Assembly (NCBI RefSeq): GCF_009914755.1
Contig: NC_060946.1
DNA: 64,000 nt
Strand: one strand, 5' to 3'
Source: the human T2T-CHM13v2.0 reference genome, Homo sapiens
In this document: piece after piece, positions 13,101 to 25,000 of the stretch
Position numbering within the stretch: the stretch's first letter is position 1
Layout of the letters: the number at the start of each line of letters is the position of its first letter
Notes under the pieces: generated by a model
Databases searched by the model: none
The model's input: the letters and a program-made list of their open reading frames with translations, nothing else
Told to the model about the DNA's origin: nothing
Translations under genes and position numbers: made by a program

Positions 13101-16100
13101 ATCTTCAAATCTATCCAAATGTCCACTTGCAGATTCAACAAAAAGTGTTTTTCAGAACTGCTCTATCAAAAGAAAGATGCACCTCTGTTAGCTGAGTTCA
13201 CACATCACAAACAAGTTTATGAGAATGCTTCTGTCTAGTTTTTATTTGAAGATATTTCCTTTCTCACCATAGACCTGAAAACTGTCCTAATGTTCTCTTC
13301 CAGATACTACAGAAAGAGTGTTTCAAAACTGCTGTACGAAAGGGAATGTTCAACTCTGTGACTTGAATGCACACATCACAAAGAAGTTTCTGAGGATGCT
13401 GCTGTCTACTTTTTATACGTAATCCCGTTTCCAAAGAAATCCTCCAATCTATCCAAATATCCACTTGCAGATTCCACAGAAAGACTGTTTCAAAACTGCT
13501 CTGTCAATAGAAAGGTTCAACTCTGTTAGCTGCGTGCATATATCCCAAAGAAGATTCTGAGATTGCTTCTGTCTAGTTTTTATGGGAAGATATTTCCCTT
13601 TTCACCGTAGGCGTCAAGGCGCTCAAAATGTCCACTTCCAGATACTACAAAAAGAGTGTTTCAAACCTACTCTGTGGAAGGGAGTATTCAACTCCGAGAC
13701 TTGAATGCAGATATCACAAAGAAGTTTCTGAGAATGCTTCCGTCGAGATTTTATATGAAGGTATTCCCGTTTCCAACGAAATCCTGAAATCTATCCAAAT
13801 ATCCCCTCGCAGATTCTACAAAAAGAGTGTTTCAAAACTGCTCTGTAAAAAGAAAGGTTCAACTCTGTTAGTTGAGTACACACATCACAAACAAGTTTCA
13901 CAGAATGCTTCTTTCTAGCTTGTAGGGGAAGATATTCCCTTTATCACCATGGGCCTCAAACCGTCCGAAACGTCCACTTCCATATACTACAAAAAGAGCG
14001 TTTCAAACCTGCTCTATGAAAGGCAATGTTCAACTCTGTGACTTGAATGCAGACATCACAGAGCTGTTTCTGAGAATGCTTCTGTCTAGATTTAATAGGA
14101 AGATATTCCCGTTTCCAATGAAATCTTCACAGCTATCCAAATATCCACTTGCAGATTCCACAAAAAGAGTGTATCAAAACTGCTCTGTCAAAAGGAAGGT
14201 TCTTCTCTGTTAGGTGAGTGCATACGTCATAAAGGAGTTTCTGAGAATGTTTCTGTCTAGTGGTTATTCGAAGATATTTGCTTTTTCACCGTAGGCCTCA
14301 GAGCGCTCCAAATATCCACTTGCACATACTACAAAAAGAGTGCCTCAAAGCTGCTCTCTGAAACGGAATGTTCAACTCTATGAGTTGAATGCAAACATCA
14401 CAAAGACGTTTCTGAGAATGCTTCTGTCTAGATTTGATATGAAGATATTCCCGTTTCCAACGAAATCTTCAAATCTATCCAAATGTCCACTTGCAGATTC
14501 AACAAAAAGTGTTTTTCAGAACTGCTCTATCAAAAGAAAGATCCACCTCTGTTAGCTGAGTTCACACTTCACAAACAAGTTTATGAGAATGCTTCTGTCT
14601 AGTTTTTATTTGAAGATATTTCCTTTCTCACCATAGACCTGAAAGCTGTCCTAATGTTCACTTCCAGATACTACAGAAAGAGTGTTTCAAAACTGCTGTA
14701 CGAAAGGGAATGTTCAACTCTGTGACTTGAATGCACACATCACAAAGAAGTTTCTGAGGATGCTGCTGTCTACTTTTTATACGTAATCCCGTTTCCAACG
14801 AAATCCTCCAAGCTATCCAAATATCCACTTGCAGATTCCACAGAAAGACTGTTTCAAAAGTGCTCTCTCAATAGAAAGGTTCAACTCTGTTAGCTGCGTG
14901 CATATATCCCAAAGAAGATTCTGAGATTGCTTCTGTCTAGTTTTTATGGGAAGATATTTCCCTTTTCACCGTAGGCGTCAAGGCGCTCCAAATGTCCACT
15001 TCCAGATATTACAAAAAGAGTGTTTCAAACCTACTCTGTGAAAGGGAATATTCAACTCTGTGACTTGAATGCACATATCACAAAGAAGTTTCTGAGAATG
15101 CTTCTGTCGAGATTTTATATGAAGATATTCCCGTTTCCAACGAAATCCTGAAATCTATCCAAATATCCCCTCGCAGATTCTACAAAAAGAGTGTTTCAAA
15201 ACTGCTCTGTAAAAAGAAAGGTTCAACTCTGTTAGTTGAGTACACACATCACAAACAAGTTTCACAGAATGCTTCTTTCTAGCTTGTAGGGGAAGATATT
15301 CCCTTTATCACCAAGGGCCTCAAACCGTCCGAAACGTCCACTTCCATATACTACAAAAAGAGCGTTTCAAACCTGCTCTATGAAAGGCAATGTTCAACTC
15401 TGTGACTTGAATGCAGACATCACAGAGCAGTTTCTGAGAATGCTTCTGTCTAGATTTTATAGGAAGATATTCCCGTTTCCAACGAAATCTTCACAGCTAT
15501 CCAAATATCCACTTGCAGATTCTACAAAAAGAGTGTATCAAAACTGCTCTGTCAAAAGGAAGGTTCTTCTCTGTTAGGTGAGTGCATACGTCATAAAGGA
15601 GTTTCTGAGAATGTTTCTGTCTAGTGGTTATGGGAAGATATTTGCTTTTTCCCCGTAGGCCTCAGGGCGCTCCAAATGTCCACTTGCACATGCTACAAAA
15701 AGAGTGCTTCAAAGCTGCTCTCTGAAACGGAATGTTCAACTCTATGAGTTGAATGCAAACATCGCAAAGACGTTTCTGAGAATGCTTCTGTCTAGATTTG
15801 ATATGAAGATATTCCCGTTTCCAACGAAATCTTCAAATCTATCCAAATGTCCACTTGCAGATTCAACAAAAAGTGTTTTTCAGAACTGCTCTATCAAAAG
15901 AAAGATCCACCTCTGTTAGCTGAGTTCACACATCACAAACAAGTTTATGAGAATGCTTCTGTCTAGTTTTTATTTGAAGATATTTCCTTTCTCACCATAG
16001 ACCTGAAAGCTGTCCTAATGTTCACTTCCAGATACTACAGAGTGTTTCAAAACTGCTGTACGAAAGGGAATGTTCAACTCTGTGACTTGAATGCACACAT

Positions 16101-19100
16101 CACAAAGAAGTTTCTGAGGATGCTGCTGTCTACTTTTTATACGTAATCCCGTTTCCAACGAAATCCTCCAATCTATCCAAATATCCACTTGCAGATTCCA
16201 CAGAAAGACTGTTTCAAAACTGCTCTGTCAATAGAAAGGTTCAACTCTGTTAGCTGCGTGCATATATCCCAAAGAAGATTCTGAGATTGCTTCTGTCTAG
16301 TTTTTATGGGAAGATATTTCCGTTTTCACCGTAGACGTCAAGGCGCTCCAAATGTCCACTTCCAGATACTACAAAAAGAGTGTTTCAAACCTACTCTGTG
16401 AAAGGGAATATTCAACTCTGTGACTTGAATGCAGATATCACAAAGAAGTTTCTGAGAATGCTTCTGTCGAGATTTTATATGAAGATATTCCCGTTTCCAA
16501 CGAAATCCTGAAATCTATCCAAATATCCCCTCGCAGATTCTACAAAAAGAGTGTTTCAAAACTGCTCTGTAAAAAGAAAGGTTCAACTCTGTTAGTTGAG
16601 TACACACATCACAAACAAGTTTCACAGAATGCTTCTTTCTAGCTTGTAGGGGAAGATATTCCCTTTATCACCATGGGCCTCAAACCGTCCGAAACGTCCA
16701 CTTCCATATACTACAAAAAGAGTGTTTCAAACCTGCTCTATGAAAGGCAATGTTGAAGTCTGTGACGTGAATGCAGACATCACAGAGCAGTTTCTGAGAA
16801 TGCTTCTGTCCAGACTTTATAGGAAGATATTCCCGTTTCCAACGAAATCTTCACAGCTATCCAAATATCCACTTGCAGATAGTACAAAAAGAGTGTATCT
16901 AAAATGCTCTGTCAAAAGGATAGTTCTTCTCTGCTAGTTGAGTACATACGTCATAAAGAAATTTCTGAGAATGTTCCTGTCTAGTGGTTATGGGAAGATA
17001 TTTGCTTTTTCCCTGTACACCTCAAAGCGCTCCAAATGTCCACTTGCACATACTACAAAAAGAGTGCTTCAAACCTGCTCTCTGAAACGGAATGTTCAAC
17101 TCTATGAGTTGAATGCAAACATCACAAAGACGTTTCTGAGAATGCTTCTGTCTAGATTTGATATGAAGATATTCCCGTTTCCAACGAAATCTTCAAATCT
17201 ATCCAAATGTCCACTTGCAGATTCAACAAAAAGTGTTTTTCAGAACTTCTCTATCAAAAGAAAGATCCACCTCTGTTAGCTGAGTTCACACATCACAAAC
17301 AAGTTTATGAGAATGCTTCTGTCTAGTTTTTATTTGAAGATATTTCCTTTCTCACCATAGACCTGAAAGCTGTCCTAATGTTCACTTCCAGATACTACAG
17401 AAAGAGCGTTTCAAAACTGCTGTACGAAAGGGAATGTTCAACTCTGTGACTTGAATGCACACATCACAAAGAAGTTTCTGAGGATGCTGCTGTCTACTTT
17501 TTATACGTAATCCCGTTTCCAACGAAATCCTCCAATCTATCCAAATATCCACTTGCAGATTCCACAGAAAGACTGTTTCAAAACTGCTCTGTCAATAGAA
17601 AGGTTCAACTCTGTTAGCTGCGTGCATATATCCCAAAGAAGATTCTGAGATTGCTTCTGTCTAGTTTTTATGGGAAGATATTTCCCTTTTCACCGTAGGT
17701 GTCAAGGCGCTCCAAATGTCCACTTCCAGATACTACAAAAAGAGTGTTTCAAACCTACTCTGCAAAAGGGAATATTCAACTCTGTGACTTGAAGGCAGAT
17801 ATCAGAAATAAGTTTCTGAGAATGCTTCTGTCGAGATTTTATATGAAGATATTCCCGTTTCCAACGAAATCCTGAAATCTATCCAAATATCCCCTCGCAG
17901 ATTCTACAAAAAGAGTGTTTCAAAACTGCTCTGTAAAAAGAAAGGTTCAACTCTGTTAGTTGAGTACACACATCACAAACAAGTTTCACAGAATGCTTCT
18001 TTCTAGCTTGTAGGGGAAGATATTCCCTTTATCACCATGGGCCTCAAACCGTCCGAAACGTCCACTTCCATATACTACAAAAAGAGTGTTTCAAACCTGC
18101 TCTATGAAAGGCAATGTTCAACTCTGTGACTTGAATGCAGACATCACAGAGCAGTTTCTGAGAATGCTTCTGTCTAGATTTTATAGGAAGATATTCCCGT
18201 TTCCAACGAAATCTTCACAGCTATCCAAATATCCACTTGCAGATTCTACAAAAAGAGTGTATCAAAACTGCTCTGTCAAAAGGAAGGTTCTTCTCTGTTA
18301 GGTGAGTGCATACGTCATAAAGGAGTTTCTGAGAATGTTTCTGTCTAGTGGTTATGGGAAGATATTTGCTTTTTCACCGTAGGCCTCAGAGCGCTCCAAA
18401 TATCCGCTTGCACATACTACAAAAAGAGTGCTTCAAAGCTGCTCTCTGAAACGGAATGTTCAACTCTATGAGTTGAATGCAAACATCACAAAGACGTTTC
18501 TGAGAATGCTTCCGTCTAGATTTGATATGAATATATTCCCGTTTCCAACGACATCTTCAAATCTATCCAAATGTCCACTTGCAGATTCAACAAAAAGTGT
18601 TTTTCAGAACTGCTCTATCAAAAGAAAGATCCACGTGTGTTAGCTGAGTTCACACATCACAAACAAGTTTATGAGAATGCTTCTGTCTAGTTTTTGTTTG
18701 AAGATATTTCCTTTCTCACCATAGACCTGAAAGCTGTCCTAATGTTCACTTCCAGATACTACAGAAAGAGTGTTTCAAAACTGCTGTACGAAAGGGAATG
18801 TTCAACTCTGTGACTTGAATGCACACATCACAAAGAAGTTTCTGAGGATGCTGCTGTCTACTTTTTATACGTAATCCCGTTTCCAATGAAATCCTCCAAT
18901 CTATCCAAATATCCACTTGCAGATTCCACAGAAAGACTGTTTCAAAACTGCTCTGTCAATAGAAAGGTTCAACTCTGTTAGCTGCGTGCATATATCCCAA
19001 AGAAGATTCTGAGATTGCTTCTGTCTAGTTTTTATGGGAAGATATTTCCCTTTTCACCGTAGGTGTCAAGGCGCTCCAAATGTCCACTTCCAGATACTAC

Positions 19101-22054
19101 AAAAAGAGTGTTTCAAAACTACTCTCTGAAAGGGAATATTCAACTCTGTGACTTGAATGCAGATATCACAATGAAGTTTCTGAGAATGCTTCTGTCGAGA
19201 TTTTATGTGAAGATATTCCCGTTTCCAACGAAATCCTGAAATCTATCCAAATATCCCCTCGCAGATTCTACAAAAAGAGTGTTTCAAAACTGCTCTGTAA
19301 AAAGAAAGGTTCAACTCTGTTACTTGAGTACACACATCACAAACAAGTTTCACAGAATGCTTCTTTCTAGCTTGTAGGGGAAGATATTCCCTTCATCACC
19401 ATGGGCCTCAAACCGTCCGAAACGTCCACTTCCATATACTACAAAAAGAGCGTTTCAAACCTGCTCTAGGAAAGGCAATGTTCAACTCTGTGACTTGAAT
19501 GCAGACATCACAGAGCAGTTTCTGAGAATGCTTCTGTCTAGATTTTATAGGAAGATATTCCCGTTTCCAACGAAATCTTCACAGCTATCCAAATATCCAC
19601 TTGCAGATTCTACAAAAAGAGTGTATCAAAACTGCTCTGTCAAAAGGAAGGTTCTTCTCTGTTAGGTGAGTGCATACGTCATAAAGGAGTTTCTGAGAAT
19701 GTTTCTGTCTAGTGGTTATGGGAAGATATTTGCTTTTTCACCGTAGGCCTCAGAGCGCTCCAAATATCCACTTGCACATACTACAAAAAGAGTGCCTCAA
19801 AGCTGCTCTCTGAAACGGAATGTTCAACTCTATGAGTTGAATGCAAACATCACAAAGACGTTTCTGAGAATGCTTCTGTCTAGATTTGATATGAAGATAT
19901 TCCCGTTTCCAACGAAATCTTCAAATCTATCCAAATGTCCACTTGCATAATCAACAAAAAGTGTTTTTCAGAACTGCTCTATCAAAAGAAAGATCCACCT
20001 CTGTTAGCTGAGTTCACACATCACAAACAAGTTTATGAGAATGCTTCTGTCTAGTTTTTATTTGAAGATATTTCCTTTCTCACCATAGACCTGAAAGCTG
20101 TCCTAATGTTCACTTCCAGATACTACAGAAAGAGTGTTTCAAAACTGCTGTACGAAAGGGAATGTTCAACTCTGTGACTTGAATGCACACATCACAAAGA
20201 AGTTTCTGAGGATGCTGCTGTCTACTTTTTATACGTAATCCCGTTTCCAACGAAATCCTCCAAGCTATCCAAACATCCACTTGCAGATTCCACAGAAAGA
20301 CTGTTTCAAAACTGCTCTGTCAATAGAAAGGTTCAACTCTGTTAGCTGCGTGCATATATCCCAAAGAAGATTCTGAGATTGCTTCTGTCTAGTTTTTATG
20401 GGAAGATATTTCCCTTTTCACCGTAGGCGTCAAGGCGCTCCAAATGTCCACTTCCAGATACTACAAAAAGAGTGTTTCAAACCTACTCTGTGAAAGCGAA
20501 TATTCAACTCTGTGACTTGAATACACATATCACAAAGAAGTTTCTGAGAATGCTTCTGTCGAGATTTTATATGAAGATATTCCCGTTTCCAACGAAATCC
20601 TGAAATCTATCCAAATATCCCCTCGCAGATTCTACAAAAAGAGTGTTTCAAAACTGCTCTGTAAAAAGAAAGGTTCAACTCTGTTAGTTGAGTACACACA
20701 TCACAAACAAGTTTCACAGAATGCTTCTTTCTAGCTTGTAGGGGAAGATATTCCCTTTATCACCATGGGCCTCCAACCGTCCGAAACGTCCACTTCCATA
20801 TACTACAAAAAGAGCGTTTCAAACCTGCTCTAGGAAAGGCAATGTTCAACTCTGTGACTTGAATGCAGACATCACAGAGCAGTTTCTGAGAATGCTTCTG
20901 TCTAGATTTTATAGGAAGATATTCCCGTTTCCAACGAAATCTTCACAGCTATCCAAATATCCACTTGCAGATTCTACAAAAAGAGTGTATCAAAACTGCT
21001 CTGTCAAAAGGAAGGTTCTTCTCTGTTAGGTGAGTGCATACGTCATAAAGGAGTTTCTGAGAATGTTTCTGTCTAGTGGTTATGGGAAGATATTTGCTTT
21101 TTCACCGTAGGCCTCAGAGCGCTCCAAATATCCACTTGCACATACTACAAAAAGAGTGCCACAAAGCTGCTCTTTGAAACGGAATGTTCAACTCTATGAG
21201 TTGAATGCAAACATCACAAAGACGTTTCTGAGAATGCTTCTGTCTAGATTTGATATGAAGATATTCCCGTTTCCAACGAAATCTTCAAATCTATCCAAAT
21301 GTCCACTTGCAGATTCAACAAAAAGTGTTTTTCAGAACTGCTCTATCAAAAGAAAGATCCACCTCTGTTAGCTGAGTTCACACATCACAAAAAAGTTTAT
21401 GAGAATGCTTCTGTCTAGTTTTTATTTGAAGATATTTCCTTTCTCACCATAGACCTGAAAACTGTCCTAATGTTCACTTCCAGATACTACAGAAAGAGTG
21501 TTTCAAAACTGCTGTATGAAAGGGAATGTTCAACACTGTGACTTGAATGCACACATCACAAAGAAGTTTCTGAGGATGCTGCTGTCTACTTTTTATATGT
21601 AATCCCGTTTCCAACGAAATCCTCCAAGCTATCCAAATATCCACTTGCAGATTCCACAGAAAGACTGTTTCAAAACTGCTCTGTCAATAGAAAGGTTCAA
21701 CTCTGTTAGCTGCGTGCATATATCCCAAAGAAGATTCTGAGATTGCTTCTGTCTAGTTTTTATGGGAAGATATTTCCCTTTTCACCGTAGGCGTCAAGGC
21801 GCTCCAAATGTCCACTTCCAGATACTACAAAAAGAGTGTTTCAAACCTACTCTGTGAAAGGGAATATTCAACTCTGTGACTTGAATGCACATATCACAAA
21901 GAAGTTTCTGATAATGCTTCTGTCGAGATTTTATATGAAGATATTCCCGTTTCCAACGAAATCCTGAAATCTATCCAAATATCCCCTCGCAGATTCTACA
22001 AAAAGAGGGTTTCAAAACTGCTCTGTAAAAAGAAAGGTTCAACTCTGTTAGATG

Positions 22055-25000
22055 AGTACACACATCACAAACAAGTTTCACAGAATGCTTCTTTCTAGCT
22101 TGTAGGGGAAGATATTCCCTTTATCACCATGGGCCTCCAACCGTCCGAAACATCCACTTCCATATACTACAAAAAGAGCGTTTCAAACCTGCTCTATGAA
22201 AGGCAATGTTCAACTCTGTGACTTGAAAGCAGACATCACAGAGCAGTTTCTGAGAATGCTTCTGTCTAGATTTTATAGGAAGATATTCCCGTTTCCAACG
22301 AAATCTTCACAGCTATCCAAATATCCACTTGCAGATGTTTCAAAAAGAGTGTATCAAAACTGCTCTGTCAAAAGGAAGGTTCTTCTCTGTTAGGTGAGTG
22401 CATACGTCATAAAGGAGTTTCTGAGAATGTTTCTGTCTAGTGGTTATGGGAAGATATTTGCTTTTTCACCGTAGGCCTCAGAGCGCTCCAAATATCCACT
22501 TGCACATACTACAAAAAGAGTGCCTCAAAGCTGCTCTCTGAAACGGAATGTTCAACTCTATGAGTTGAATGCAAACATCACAAAGACGTTTCTGAGAATG
22601 CTTCTGTCTAGATTTGATATGAAGATATTCCCGTTTCCAACGAAATCTTCAAATCTATCCAAATGTCCACTTGCATAATCAACAAAAAGTGTTTTTCAGA
22701 ACTGCTCTATCAAAAGAAAGATCCACCTCTGTTAGCTGAGTTCACACATCACAAACAAGTTTATGAGAATGCTTCTGTCTAGTTTTTATTTGAAGATAAT
22801 TCCTTTCTCACCATAGACCTGAAAGCTGTCCTAATGTTCACTTCCAGATACTACAGAAAGTGTTTCAAAACTGCTGTACGAAAGGGAATGTTCAACTCTG
22901 TGACTTGAATGCACACACCACAAAGAAGTTTCTGAGGATGCTGCTGTCTACTTTTTATACGTAATCCCGTTTCCAACGAAATCCTCCAAGCTATCCAAAT
23001 ATCCACTTGCAGATTCCACAGAAAGACTGTTTCAAAACTGCTCTGTCAATAGAAAGGTTCAACTCTGTTAGCTGCGTGCATATATCCCAAAGAAGATTCT
23101 GAGATTGCTTCTGTCTAGTTTTTATGGGAAGATATTTCCCTTTTCACCGTAGGCGTCAAGGCGCTCCAAATGTCCACTTCCAGATACTACAAAAAGAGTG
23201 TTTCAAACCTACTCTGTGAAAGCGAATATTCAACTCTGTGACTTGAATGCACATATCACAAAGAAGTTTCTGAGAATGCTTCTGTCGAGATTTTATATGA
23301 AGATATTCCCGTTTCCAACGAAATCCTGAAATCTATCCAAATATCCCCTCGCAGATTCTACAAAAAGAGTGTTTCAAAACTGCTCTGTAAAAAGAAAGGT
23401 TCAACTCTGTTAGTTGAGTACACACATCACAAACAAGTTTCACAGAATGCTTCTTTCTAGCTTGTAGGGGAAGATATTCCCTTTATCACCATGGTCCTCA
23501 AACCGTCCGAAACGTCCACTTCCATATACTACAAAAAGAGCGTTTCAAACCTGCTCTAGGAAAGGCAATGTTCAACTCTGTGACTTGAATGCAGACATCA
23601 CAGAGCAGTTTCTGAGAATGCTTCTGTCTAGATTTTATAGGAAGATATTCCCGTTTCCAACGAAATCTTCACAGCTATCCAAATATCCACTTGCAGATTC
23701 TACAAAAAGAGTGTATCAAAACTGCTCTGTCAAAAGGAAGGTTCTTCTCTGTTAGGTGAGTGCATACGTCATAAAGGAGTTTCTGAGAATGTTTCTGTCT
23801 AGTGGTTATGGGAAGATATTTGCTTTTCCAACGTAGGCCTCAGAGCGCTCCAAATATCCACTTGCACATACTACAAAAAGAGTGCCTCAAAGCTGCTCTC
23901 TGAAACTTAATGTTCAACTCTATGAGTTGAATGCAAACATCACAAAGACGTTTCTGAGAATGCTTCTGTCTAGATTTGATATGAAGATATTCCCGTTTCC
24001 AACGAAATCTTCAAATCTATCCAAATGTCCACTTGCAGATTCAACAAAAAGTGTTTTTCAGTACTGCTCTATCAAAAGAAAGATCCACCTCTGTTAGCTG
24101 AGTTCACACATCACAAACAAGTTTATGAGAATGCTTCTGTCTAGTTTTTATTTGAAGATATTTCCTTTCTCACCATAGACCTGAAAGCTGTCCTAATGTT
24201 CACTTCCAGATACTACAGAAAGAGTGTTTCAAAACTGCTGTATGAAAGGGAATGTTCAACTCTGTGACTTGAATGCACACATCACAAAGAAGTTTCTGAG
24301 GATGCTGCTGTCTACTTTTTATATGTAATCCCGTTTCCAACGAAATCCTCCAAGCTATCCAAATATCCACTTGCAGATTCCACAGAAAGACTGTTTCAAA
24401 ACTGCTCTGTCAATAGAAAGGTTCAACTCTGTTAGCTGCGTGCATATATCCCAAAGAAGATTCTGAGATTGCTTCTGTCTAGTTTTTATGGGAAGATATT
24501 TCCCTTTTCACCGTAGGCGTCAAGGCGCTCCAAATGTCCACTTCCAGATACTACAAAAAGAGTGTTTCAAACCTACTCTGTGAAAGCGAATATTCAACTC
24601 TGTGACTTGAATGCACATATCACAAAGAAGTTTCTGAGAATGCTTCTGTCGAGATTTTATATGAAGATATTCCCGTTTCCAACGAAATCCTGAAATCTAT
24701 CCAAATATCCCCTCGCAGATTCTACAAAAAGAGTGTTTCAAAACTGCTCTGTAAAAAGAAAGGTTCAACTCTGTTAGTTGAGTACACACATCACAAACAA
24801 GTTTCACAGAATGCTTCTTTCTAGCTTGTAGGGGAAGATATTCCCTTTATCACCATGGGCCTCCAACCGTCCGAAACATCCACTTCCATATACTACAAAA
24901 AGAGCGTTTCAAACCTGCTCTATGAAAGGCAATGTTCAACTCTGTGACTTGAAAGCAGACATCACAGAGCAGTTTCTGAGAATGCTTCTGTCTAGATTTT

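Noticed and set aside
13264-13464. Only minus-strand ORF as possible inversion or gene
   Set aside because: The local sequence is in the same orientation as the rest of the array; point changes simply opened a reading frame.
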